In this document: piece after piece, positions 37,151-49,409 of the stretch | Numbering within the stretch: the first letter of the stretch is position 1 | Layout of the letters: the number at the start of each line of letters is the position of its first letter | Assembly: GCF_020745735.1 (NCBI RefSeq) | Contig: NC_083423.1 | Span: 24,862,001-24,926,000 of the forward strand | Source: Hemiscyllium ocellatum | Lineage: Eukaryota | Length of the DNA stretch: 64,000 bases | Direction: 5' to 3' | Notes under the pieces: model-generated | Told to the model about the DNA's origin: nothing | The model's database searches: none | The model's input: the letters and a program-made list of their open reading frames with translations, nothing else | Program-made: the position numbers and the translations under genes

Positions 37151-39149
37151 CCAAGAACACTTCCATGACTGAGGATTTCTCCCTACTGCTGATGCCTACA
37201 TCTGCTGTCATAACTATTGATATCACATGAATATCCTCCACCTGGCTTGCTCTTGATTGTTTGTTTTGGATTGCGCATTATCTGGTGCCTCCCCCTCAAG
37301 TTGAAGGAGAACTCCTGACAGCATTGCTCTTGGGATTGATGGAACATTCAAGCCTCTCTCTGGATTGCCACCTATTGAATAATACGTTTATTTGAATAAA
37401 ATATAAACAAAAAATAAAACCACAAAGCAGCTCATAGTCTATCCAGCCTGTCCTACCTACCTGTCAAATATATTAAATCTATCGCATTCTTCTCTGGCAC
37501 ATGGAATAACTCAAAAAAGACCAACATTTACCCAAGGTTTTTTTCCGATGGTAGGAAAAAGCACCACAAAAATCACTGGCAGTACTGGACAATTTTTTTC
37601 ACTTAAACTGTGCGGAGACACTTTTTAATTCTTTTCTTCTACCAAACCATTCACACAAAAATAACATCTTGCTGACAACTGATTATTGTCTGTAATTTCC
37701 TAAGTTTACCTATTTCCATATTTAAACATCGGCATCGGATGGACCTGTACTAGTCCTTGGAAACAGTCCCAAATTCTAGTGAACAGCTGATTATCTGAGC
37801 CATTTTTTTGTGATTGAAATAATGGGAATAGCAAGGCTAAGTAAAATAGAAAGGTTGAATGAACTATAGGAAAATGTTTAATATGAAGGATTCAAGGGAT
37901 GACAGGAGAGTTTGAAATTAGGCAAATTTAAAGTTAGTTGAATTTGAGTGTTTGTTCATTAAGAGAAATGAGGACAGCATAATGTAAATCCACAGGAGTT
38001 TTGGAGATAAGGAATATATGCAAAAAAAGGAAAAACATAACTTGCAAACTTATTATCAGTGGATGGTGTGTTGCCTCTGCTTTAAAAATGAATGTGTTCT
38101 AATTCTAGTTTGAAGGTTATCTGTCCAATATTTCAGAGTAGGATTCTTCCAAGTTGAAAATGTTCAAGTGTGAGGAATGATGGGAAGAATGGTATATTTT
38201 ACATAAACTACTGAATCGTTGGTAATAAATCATGTTTTTTTTTCCCTTCAAATCATGTCAAGAGCAGATGAGATGTGACTTTGTACACATATGCCTTTTC
38301 TAACGGGTTGGGAGATTCTGTGATGCTTATAAAAAGAAAATTCTGGTGTACTTTCATCCAGCCCTCCTGTAAAATAACAAGCAAGTATAAATGACATAGG
38401 AGTAATTTAGAAAATTCTCAATCCTTTTAGTCACAAGTCAATATTTCTTCAATGAAAAGCAGTCGGGCTCCTTGAATCTTAATAACTTTGAGTATAATAT
38501 CCCAGCATACTTTTCATCCTTCTAATGTATTAATATCCTTTAGAAAAAATACATCAATAATTGCACACTAAACTGGGATAATATAAATGGCAGAGAGGGA
38601 AAGTCTTGTTGAAGTACATTCACAAGAAGTATGCATAGTAATAAGTTAAAAGGAGCAATGGGACTAAACAGGGACTGAAAATATGAGGCAGAGGTTTGAC
38701 TAAGCTGTCATTTGAGTACTTTGCATCTTAGCGAGTTTTGAGAAGATTTGTAGCTCAGCTTGACATGACGACAGTACTTGCATTAGCAACAGTCCGGGTC
38801 AGTGTGTTGAGTTAGCTACCTTAGCTGTCATTTTTAGGCAATATGTTGGGCTGTGACTTTCAGGTTACAGCCGTTGTAGCTGTGGTTCATTGGAGCTAAA
38901 GCGGTACATATCACTTCTTGATCTCAAATTGTTTCAGATGTTTTACCACATGTCTAGAATCTAACTTTAATCCTGTTTCATTATTCCACTAAAAATATGA
39001 TGGAGCTGTTCAGATAAAGTAGCCTTTCAAGTGAAGTACTGGAAGTGAAAATTTGAAAATGTTTGAAAACTTGTTACTGCAATGTAAAAGCATAAGATGG
39101 ATTCACTTGCCTCATTTTGAATAGGATTCCAAAAAGAATAAATTAACAA

Positions 39150-39430
39150 GGTTCCCACAAGTGGGGAGGGGAGAGAAAATAAACATAACAATCACTTGAA
39201 AAAAGGTCTGAGGCAAACTAGTGGAGCTAAAGGCTGATAATTCTGCTGGACCTGATGGGTTCCACCTTAAGATTTTAAAAGAAATAGCTACAGAGACAGT
39301 AGATGCCTTGGTAGAAATCTTCCAAGAACCCTTAGATTTAAGAAAAATCCCAGAGGATTGGGAAACTGCAAAGGCAACACCCTTATCCAAAGGGGGAGAG
39401 AGAGAGAGAGAGACAGTCGTTGGGAATATT
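39150..39430 (+). mobile_element. CR1 ORF2 internal fragment
   Basis: LKADNSAGPDGFHLKILKEIA...IPEDWETAKATPLSKGG. Confidence 0.8.
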
Positions 39431-40251
39431 AATGGTAAAGAAATGTAATGCAGTTTGTTTAGGCTTGTCAATGCATTACTGTGCTAGATTTGTAATCCAT
39501 ATCAGTAGTTTGTGAGATGACTAAATTGGTTACAATGTCTTGTCCAAATATTTAAGGAAGGTTCATTACAGAAATATTTGGTACAGTACAAATCCATTTT
39601 GTTCCAAGAATGTAGCTGTAGGCGTAAGACACTGAGGTAATTCACAAGATTCATTCAAGTACTAATTCTCTGGGAGATGTAGCTGCATGCAGCATCTTAA
39701 TTTATGCTTGTGGCTTTATGTAATATCTCAGCACATGTATTTTCATGTGCATAAATATTGCAGATTCACTTTTTAAAGTAATATTTTAATGTTTTGTCAG
39801 ATTATCTGTTATTCAGAACATTCAGACAAAAGTAAACAAATTGTTTTAAAGAACAAATTTCATGTTTGACAGTTAGGTTCATATGAACCTGCAACAAGTG
39901 AATCCATGTGTTAAGATAATAGAAATCTTGTTTAAATTCAGATGCATGGAAAACAGGAGCACTGATTTTATTTTGCATGACAACATTTTGAACAGATCAC
40001 AGGGAATAGTTAGACTGAATATTGCAGCATTTTTCTATAACAATACCTCAATTAGTAGGTATTAAAACAAACCTGAGAGCTTAGAGTTTTGGGGTCTCCT
40101 AATGAAGATGGACATTTCATGGAACATATCACTAATTTTTATACACATTTCTTTGTCTGTTAAAAATTGCTTCATTGCCACTCTTTAGGTCATTCTACTG
40201 TTCTCCAGCTAGCTGCCAGGGACTTGCCAGGCACTAGCAATCTCAAATATT

Positions 40252-40353
40252 TTAGAATAGATTAGATTACTTACAATGTGGAAACAGGGCCTTTGGTCCA
40301 ACAAGTCCACACCGACCCGTCGAAGCGCAACCCATCCAGACCCATTCCCTACA
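40252..40353 (-). mobile_element. 5'-truncated HE1-type SINE
   Basis: Reverse complement of the 3' part of 29494-29791. Confidence 0.88.
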
Positions 40354-40774
40354 TTCACGTGCAATATTCAGTCTAACTATTCCCTGTGATCTGTTTAAAA
40401 TGTTGTCATGCAAAATAAAATCAGTGCTTCTGTTTTCCATGCATCTGAATTTAAGCAAGATTTCTATTATCTTAACACTTGGATTCACTTATTGGCAGGT
40501 TCATATGAACCTAATTGTCAAACATTAAATTTGCTTGACTCTTTCCGAACATGATGCAACCTTTGCTCAGCATCTCCATTTGTTACAGATCAGAAGAAAG
40601 CTGAGTGATCAATAACCAGATTCTGCCTTGAGTATGCCACATTACATTTTGTATTTTAATACCCAATTGTCACAGATTTGAGAATCAGAAAAGTATACAT
40701 AAACACTTCAATTGCTGGGATTGCATTGATTACCTAGCCAATGTGATTTTTTGGGATGTTTTAATTGTCTCTGT

Positions 40775-41410
40775 TAACTGTGGTTCAATTGATAAAATAT
40801 AGCCTCTGAGTCAGAAAGTTGCAAATTCATGGGATTTGAGTCCTTAATCTATGTTGGCACTTAAGACAGTACGAAGGGACTCCTGCACAGTCAGAAATCA
40901 TATGTTTCAGACAAAATGACTCTGTCACTCTCCCAGCTGGATGGAAAAGATTCTGCTGTGCTATTTTGGGGAAAGTTAAAAAGCACACAAAACCGAGTTA
41001 CAGTCCAACAGGTTTATTTGGAAGTACAAGCTTTCAGAATGCTGCTTTGTCAGGTGGGGCGCTAGCTACCTGACGAAAGAGCAGTGCCCCAAGAGCTGCT
41101 ACTTCCAAATAAATCTGTTGGACTATAACCTGGTGTGGTGTGATTTTATCTTTGTGTGCCCCAGTTCAACATCACACCTCCACATTTTGGGGAAGAGCAA
41201 GTGAGTTCTCCTGGTAGCCTGGCAATGATGTATATCTTGATTAATGTAATTAAATCACTATGTGATTATGCTCACAGTTTTTGTGGGACCTTACAGTTGG
41301 CTTTCATATTGACTACATTATAACCATGGCTACTTTATAAAATTACTTAATTGGCAATAAAGCACTTCATGGCACTGGGATTTTGGAGATGAATAGGATG
41401 CAAGGCTTTC
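40775..41410 (+). mobile_element. Ancient Deu-domain-like SINE interrupted by a palindromic mini-element
   Basis: gcctctgagtcagaaagttg head, gttctcctggt and tgtgggacctt body, aaagcacttc...atgcaag tail. Recognised from memory, highly diverged. Confidence 0.5.
40974..41183. mobile_element. Palindromic Penelope-type mini-element, second mini family
   Basis: Arms gtccaacaggtttatttggaagt / acttccaaataaatctgttggac. Flanked by attttggggaa at 40963-40973 and 41184-41194. Degenerate CTGACGA core at 41070. Confidence 0.75.
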
Positions 41411-44029
41411 ACTTTAGTTATTAAAGTATATTGCTTGTTATGTTTACTCAACAATGAATATAATAAGTATTATTTAGAGAAATGATTTGTGCAATATGTG
41501 ATAAAGATTTTAAAATAAGGATACAGATGAGTTTGTAATGTGAATATTAAAATTTAATGAACAACACCATAGTCATTTGTTTAAAAAACAGTCAATAATA
41601 CAATATAGTATATACTACTCTTTTTGATAATCTATAGTGAAAAGACAAATTATTTGGAACAGTTTTACATTACTTCATTGAAAACTATATTTGTAGTCAG
41701 TAGTTTACAGGGAATATTTTTGTAAAATTAATATTTGTGAATTAATGTACTGTGGTATGCTGGTCATGCAAAATAGCTCTTGGAAAATGAAGTGTGAAGA
41801 TAAATACACTTGCAAAAAGAGGAGATGAATATTATGAATTAACTTCAATTTTTGAAAAGAATCAAAATGATCTTTGTGGCTGGATTCATAAAATTTTTAG
41901 ATTTACAATATTTTGTACTGCTGTACTAACAGCGATGACCATTTGGTGATTGTTCCCTGAGCAGTTGTTCCTAAATGCAGAATCTGTTTCTATGGGAACC
42001 ACTTTTTATACTGTTATGAGCCAGATTATTTGATGCTAGTAGGTACCAAAAGTGAACATTTTATCATTTATTTTATCCCATGAAAGATTCATCATCTTCC
42101 TTCAGACTTACATAACAATGGAGCATCAGAATTCAGTTACTAAACATAGTATTACTGTGACAGCACAATGCCTATTACAAAGGGGTTGATATTTTGGCTG
42201 AAAGTTTGTCATTTAAATTTTATACTTAGCTTTGTAAAATTTGGTATAGGAATCAAGAAGTTAAAATGTATAACTTATAAATGGTTAGGTTGATGAGGAT
42301 GGCAAACTTCATATTTCTTAAATTGAATGCTCTAAATTAGAAAGGTCTTATGGAGAGCAATGTTAGATGCACCTGTCTTCTCAGTTTGGACTGTCGTGAA
42401 TCTCCCTTGAAGTCACTTTGTATTTAATAAAATTTGGGATCCCAGTGGCATACCTGCATGCTATCCTTGTGAGTTGGAAACATCTGTCACTTTTTTTCAG
42501 TGTCAAAGAATAGAATGCAATATTGACATTTCAGACCACAGATATACAAATCTGATGATCCCTCCTGAAGTAAAATACTGTAATTTTTCTATCATTTTCC
42601 CACTTTTCCTTCCAAAAACTTTTGGTAATTTTGAAATCTCCTTGACACAATTACTGTTTGTGCAATTGACGACAGATTCAGCAAAACATAATTTTAGGCC
42701 TCTATCAATGTCAGAATTCTTGAATTATGATATTTAATATATTAGTGCTCATATGGTATAGAAAACAATAGCTCTGAATCTTTGAATGTTGTATCAATGT
42801 ACTGCTGTGATGCTGTTAACACTTTCTCCCAAATCTCCTCATCAGAATTTCATTCAATTGTTTGGCTGATACTGTGGTGACACTCCAGTGAGCTGGAGAT
42901 GTGGATGGACTTAATAGCCAAATAATGCATTTTACCACGTAGCAACAGCATTTATTTAATCAGCAAACAGATTCCTACTCACTTTTTTGCATTCTAAATC
43001 TACTTACTTACAGTTTCTCATGGGGGGGACATGTCTAAAATGTTTCTGCGTGCAAGTTGCACAAGTTTACAATTTTTATTGAAGTCTCTGAATTGTCAAT
43101 GAAAGCATATCTGTAATTGACATCTTGAAGAAGTTTGAATCTCCAGAATTGATTCTTGCCTTGTGTCCAAACATATCTTTCTGTCAATAATCTACCTTAT
43201 TGTTGTGATTCTGTTCGCCGAGCTGGGAATTTGTGTTGCAGATGTTTCGTCCCCTGTCTAGGTGACATCCTCAGTGCTTGGGAGCCTCCTGTGAAGCACT
43301 TCTGTGATCTTTCCTCCACCATTTGTAGTGGTTTGAATCTGCCGCTTCCGGTTATCAGTTCCAGCTGTCCTTTGCAGTGGTCGGTATATTGGGTCCAGGT
43401 CGATGTGCTTATTGATTGAATCTGTGAATGAGTGCCATGCCTCTAGGAATTCCCTGGCTGTTCTCTGTTTGGTTTGTCCTATAATAGTAGTGTTGTCCCA
43501 GTCGAATTCATGTTGCTTGTCATCTGCGTGTGTAGCTACTAAGGATAGCTGGTCATGTCATTTCGTGGCTAGTTGGGTGTTCATGGATGCGGATCGTTAG
43601 CTGTCTTCCTGCTTGTGCTATGTAGAGTTTTGTGCAGTCCTTGCATGGGATTTTGTACACTACATTGGTTTTGTACACACTTGGTGTTGGGTCCTTCGTT
43701 CTGGTGAGTTGTCTGAGAGTGGCTGTTGGTTTGTGTGCTGTTATGAGTCCTAGTGGTCGCAGTAGTCTGGCTGTCAGTTCGGAAATACTCTTATTGTATG
43801 GTAGTGTGGCTAGTCATTTGGGTTGCTGCAAGTCCTCGTTCCGTTGTCATTCCCTTAGGCATCTGCTAATGAAATTGCGCGGGTATCCGTTTTTGGTGAA
43901 TACATTGTATAGGTGTTGTTCTTCCTCTTTTTGCAGTTCTGGTGTGCTGCAGTATGTTGTGGCCCTTTTGAATAGTGTCTTGATGCAACTTCTTTTGTGT
44001 GTGTTGGGGTGGTTGCTTTCATAGTTCAG

Positions 44030-44032
<3 letters not shown>

Positions 44033-44116
<84 letters not shown>
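44033..44116. repeat. (GT)42 microsatellite inside the Penelope element
   Basis: Directly visible. Confidence 0.98.
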
Positions 44117-44117
<1 letters not shown>

Positions 44118-44908
44118 TTTCCTGTATACCTTTTGTGGTGAATTCTCTGTTAGGTGTTCTCTGTACCATCGCACCTAGAAATGGGAGTTGGTTGTCATTT
44201 TCTTCCTCTCTAGTGAAAGGGCCACAACACACTGCAGCACACCAGAACTGCAAAAAGAGGAAGAAGAACACCTATACAATGTATTCGCCAAAAACGGATA
44301 CCCGCGCAATTTCATCAACAGATGCCTAAGGGAAAGACAACGGAACGAGGACATGCCGCAACCCAAAGGACTAGCCACACTACCATACATCAAGAGTATT
44401 TCCGAACTGACAGCCAGACTACTGCGACCACTAGGACTCATAACAGCACACAAACCAACAGCCACTCTCAGACAACAACTCACCAGAACAAAGGACCCGA
44501 TACCCAGCATGAGCAAAACCAATGTAGTGTACAAAATCCCATGCAAGGACTGCACAAAACTCTACATAGGACAAACAGGAAAACAGCTAACGATCCGCAT
44601 CCATGAACACCAACTAGCCACGAAACGACATGACCAGCTATCCTTAGTAGCTACACACGCAGATGACAAGCAATATGAATTCGACTGGGACAACACTACT
44701 ATTCTAGGACAAGCCAAACAGAGAACAGCCAGGGAATCCCTAGAGGCGTGGCACTCATCCACAGATTCAATCAATAAGCACATCGACTTGGACCCAATAT
44801 ACCGACCATTGCAACGGACAGCTGGACCTGACAAACGGAAGCGGCAGATTCAAACCACTACAAATGGTGGAGGAAAGATCACGGAAGCGCTTCACAGGAG
44901 GGTCCCAA

Positions 44909-44948
44909 GCACTGAGGATGTCACCTAGACAGGGGACGAAACATCTGC
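44909..44948 (+). ncRNA. Minimal hammerhead ribozyme motif (mirror copy on - at 43238-43277)
   Basis: gca-CTGAGGA-t-gtcacct-agac-aggggac-GAAA-catc-tgc: conserved core, helix II and a 3-bp helix I. Confidence 0.65.
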
Positions 44949-45377
44949 AACACAAATTCCCAGCTCGGCGAACAGAACCATGACAACGGGCACCCGAGCT
45001 ACAAACCTTTTCACAAACTTTGGAAATCTACCTTAGCTCTGTACTCTTTCCTACACAAGACCATAGAACTTTCCTAGCCAATGGATATAACATTTTATCA
45101 AATGTATTTTTCCGATAGACAGTCCTCACTTGAAGGTAACTCATGTTAGGGTATGGAATTGGAACAACCAATCCTTGTCCCTGTGCTGTTCTTCTATGTG
45201 AATGCAGATAGTATTATATTTATAAATTGACTGCTTCGAAGCTAAAATTCAGGCTGTGGGATTGAAATGAATGATGTCCTTTTGAAGTTTGTTCCTTGAT
45301 TAATCATAGGTTAAAAAACTTTACATGCATAACCTTTTAAAAGTCTTGCCTTATTTTGCTCCTTTTCTTTCCTCAAG

Positions 45378-45523
45378 GCCAGAGGCTCAACAGAAAGCAT
45401 CTGCAGGTCCTCCCCCTCCTCCTCCTCCTCCACCTCTACCCGATCATGCTCCTCCACAACCTGAGGAGGAAATTTTGGGATCGGATGATGAAGAACAAGA
45501 AGACCCTGCTGACTATTGTAAAG
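45378..45523 (+). CDS. SRPK2: SRSF protein kinase 2, proline-rich/acidic exon preceding the kinase domain
   Basis: PEAQQKASAGPPPPPPPPPLPDHAPPQPEEEILGSDDEEQEDPADYCK(G). Polypyrimidine acceptor ccttttctttcctcaag and donor G|gtaaac. Confidence 0.97.
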
Positions 45524-47169
45524 GTAAACCTCAGTCTACTGAGCTGATCTTTAAGTGTAGCCTTGATGCAATGCATTTTTGGCTGATCTTTGTTTAGTTT
45601 CCTAGTCTACTTTTGAACTTGTGCTAGAAAGTTTGTCTACATGCTTTAGAATTTAGAACAATGTTTAGCAAACAATACAAAATAAATGTAATAGTCGCTT
45701 GGTAGTACAGCACTTGAATATTTTTTAATAAAGATGTATTTTCTCAATGTTTCATCTTATACCCATCCGGATATTTCAAAAGAAGCACTAGTGTAAAGGG
45801 AAAGCAGCATTAATACTGGATGAAAAGAGAGAGCATATTGGTTGGCAGTGGACTCTGGCTGTCATCTATTTGCTTGAATTGCGTGGTGCATGTACATTTT
45901 AAATGAGCGACTGCCATTCTGTGGCTAATTTCTCAGGACATTGCCTTGACCTATCTGTGTTAACTTGCCTGGTTTAAAATTGAAACAAAACTTTAGAGTG
46001 AACTGTCGGTCATCAACTAACTGGTACATTCTCCATGAAAACGGTGCCAGTCAAAGTCTGTTGCCAACAAATGAACACTCTCCACTTCAACAAGCAGCAT
46101 AAATGTTTTCTCTTTATGTTAGTATTTCTGGCAAATTTCCTTGATGAGTGCAAGACAAAAAAAATCATCAAATAATGCCCTTCTGAGCAATGCTCAAATA
46201 GATACTCTGAAAGCTTCAAGGTCACCTTGGTGCTGTTTCAAGAGAGTGGAAGATTAGAAATGTAAACTTTTCCTTTCATTGTAAATACATAATCGTTTTA
46301 TTAATAACACCATTGGAGGCAGGAGAGTTCCAGTTGATCAGATATTCCAGTTGATCAAGAGGTCCACATAATCAATATAAAAATGCACACTAGGTAATAT
46401 AAATGTAATGCAGGGGGTGTACACATCACTTCTACTCTATTTACAGCATTAATCACTTATGTAATGATGAAACTTTGCCTTAAATAAAACTTCCCAACTT
46501 CTCACTTGCACCCTCAACTGACTACTCAGACACTGGGGTGGATTGGGGCACTTGAAGAGAAATTGATTCAAAGTTGAATCAGCTATTGATATTACACACG
46601 GTCATTCAAATGAACAACAAGTTTACTTTGACATAAATTAAAACCGTAATAATTGGATAAAATAATACAGTAAACTTTGTGGTATTTGAGAGACATAATT
46701 TTTGCTGATTTTTCAAGAGCATCTGTTCATAAGGTGCCTGTTTTAAAAAAAAAAGTTTGCTGTGTTTTATGATTACAAAACAGCTGTTTCAGATTAATTT
46801 GAGTAAAAGAATTGCCATGATAATATAATGAATGACAGTCCTGGGAAAAAGTTACCGTAATTTATAATTCTGAAAAATACTATTTGAAACTACAGGTTTC
46901 CACAGATGTAGTTTGTGGACTGCTTTCTCCAGCTGAATTTGTTTAGTTATTACAACTAAAGCAAATAGATTTGTGTAGCTTGGCTAATATTAAGAAGGAA
47001 TTTGCATTGCCATATCCCTAAGGCGTCTTGAAGAACTTTGCATCAATAGATTATTTTTTAAAATGCAATCATTATTGAGTAGTTAATTGTATGAGCCAAT
47101 GTACTTGTCACAAGGTCCCACTAGATGAATTAATATACAGACGATCTATTTTTGGTCACTGGCTGAATG

Positions 47170-48003
47170 AGGAATGAAGGAGGGCAAAGTCTGTGATAGT
47201 CTTGAAAATGGAGATAAGTTCAGATTCCAGCAAAGGAGGACAGAAAAGATAATCAAGACAGAGAAAATAAACTACAAGGACAAATAACAAGGAATATAAA
47301 AACTGATGAAAAGAGAATCTTTAAAAATTAAAAATGAAGCGAGAAGTCAAAGTGAGCATAGGCCCCTTAGAAACTGAATTTTGGGACCAAGTTATAGAAA
47401 ACAAGGAAATGATAGAAGAGTTAAACAAATATTTTGTGTCAGTATTTATGGTGGAAAAAACTTCAAGCATCCCATTAGTACTAAAGAATGAGGGAGGAGG
47501 AATTGAGTACTGTCACTAATAAAGTAGTATGAAACAAACTAATGAGGCTAAAGGCAATAAGTCCCCTGGCCCTGAAGTCTTGCATCCTAGGATCCTAGAA
47601 GAGGTAGCTGCAGAGATAGTGGATTCATTGGTTGTAATTTTCCAAAAATGATTGCATTCTGGAGAAGAATCAAAGGATTGGAAAACTGTTGATGTGAAAC
47701 CACTATTCATAAAGGAGCGGAGACAAAAAGTGAGTAACCATATTGTTGGAAAAGTATTGGAATCATTGTTAAAGAAGTAAGGGTAGCACACTTGGAAAAT
47801 CATAATCTAATCAAGCAGAGTCAGCATGGCTTCATAAAAGGGAAGTTGTGTCTGCCTAATTTATTGGAATTTTTCAAGTAAGTCTCAACCAGAGTGGATG
47901 GAGGGGAGCCAGTAGATCTGCTGTATTTGGACTTTCAGAGAGCATTTGACAAGTACCTCATAAAAGTTTAAGTCATGAAATAAGAGCCCTTGGTGTTCGA
48001 GGT
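47170..48003 (+). mobile_element. Decayed CR1 ORF2 fragment
   Basis: EMIEELNKYFVSVF, aagtcccctggccctga, cagcatggcttcataaaagggaag and tatttggactttcagagagcatttgacaag. Confidence 0.85.
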
Positions 48004-48569
48004 ACAGCGAACTTTGTTTGAATTAGCACACCCAATAAAGTTGCAAAATTATATATTTCAAATTGCATTGCCAACACTTTCTAAGCGCTGTTTCTAAAGC
48101 GTGATTTTTTTATAATGGAGGTTGTGCAATAATCAATAATGCAACCATTGTGTTATAGAAGAACTACCTGTACTCACTGATTAACCAGAGGCCGCATGTT
48201 TTCCAGTCTTTCTTTTACACTTATTGAGGGCTAATTGGGGATTTCTGCTGTCATAGTGTGGGATCATTGTGTATTTTCCAGTGGTGGGTAGGAAATTTAG
48301 TACTGTGGTGAAAGTATTTAGTGGAATTGATTGCTGTGCTGTGTTGTTTATTTGATTGCCTTCATATGGGGGTTTAATGGTACAGGATTTAGAGCTATGG
48401 TGAGAGATTTATTGAAGGAGTGTTGGGGAATTACTGCTATGGTGGCACCTTTTTTGGAGGCTTTTAAAGCTGTGATGAGGCTCACTGAGTTGGTTTAATG
48501 ATGAGGTGTGTTTTATTTTGAAGGGGTTTAACTTGTGGTGGCAGACTTGTGAACTGCTTTATTAACACC

Positions 48570-49400
48570 ATAAGAAATAGGAGTAGGAGTAGGCCATCTG
48601 GCAGTTCAAATCTGCTTTACCATTCAGTGAAACCATGGTGGATCTGGTAATGGCTTTAATTCTACTCCCCTGTCTGTCCTCCATAACATTCTTACCACTT
48701 CTCTCAGTCAGAAATCTGTCTAACTCCACTGCTGTATGTGGAAGAAAATTTCAAGGACTAATGGTCCCGGAGAAAGAAATTCCTTATAGCTAAATAACTC
48801 TTAAATGGTCCCCCTCCTCCCCACCCAGTTGTAGCTTCCTACATCAGAAAAAAAATCTTGACAGTACTCCCCGTCAACCTCCCTCAGAATGGTTTGTTTC
48901 ACCAAGATCACCTCTAATTGTTATGAACTCCAATGACTATAGACCCAGCCTACTCACCTTTCTTCAATAAGCAACCTCTTCATCCCAAGAATTAGCTTAA
49001 TTTAACTTCTTTAAACTGTTTCTGATGTAAGTATATTTTGTTTAAATAAGGAGGCCAAAACTGGACTCATACTTCAGGTGCATTTTGATCAATCCCCTAT
49101 ATAATTGTCGTAAGATCTCCTTTCTTAATATCTTTAGCCTTATAGACCAACATCAGAAATGTTTTCCTAATTACTTGCTGTACCTATGTGGTAATGTTTT
49201 GAGAGTCATGTACAAGGTCATGCAAATCCCACTAGTACAGAATTTTGTATTCTCTCTCCACTTAAATAGTATTCTGCTTTTCTGTTTTCATGCCCAAATG
49301 AATAACTTCTCATTTTCCTATGGTACAATCCACCTGACATTTTATTTGCCCATTCATTTAGCTGAAGATTCTTTTTTCTATTTTCCTCGCAACTTGCTTT
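48570..49400 (-). mobile_element. Old CR1-type LINE, resuming at about 50720-50850
   Basis: cataagaaataggagtaggagtaggcc tail. Minus-strand FGHENRKAEYYLSGERIQ. Confidence 0.7.
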
Positions 49401-49409
49401 CCTACATAA

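Larger units (their letters stand above)
43200..45024. mobile_element. Penelope-like element with inverted structure (minus arm 43200-44215, plus arm 44216-45024)
   Basis: ORF 44188-44928 has NVVYKIPCKDCTKLYIGQTG...RIHEH...LEAW (GIY-YIG endonuclease). Flanked by aatctacctta at 43189-43199 and 45025-45035. Confidence 0.95.

Noticed and set aside
44188-44928. GIY-YIG ORF as a domesticated nuclease gene
   Set aside because: It is a truncated Penelope arm whose start comes from the inversion junction, with no evidence of independent expression.
45325-45597. 90-aa ORF as a standalone gene
   Set aside because: Only 45378-45523 is SRPK2-like and bounded by splice sites. The flanks are intronic read-through.
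48003-48172. Possible Tigger/pogo-like MITE
   Set aside because: Only one plausible terminus, so it cannot be supported without a library search.
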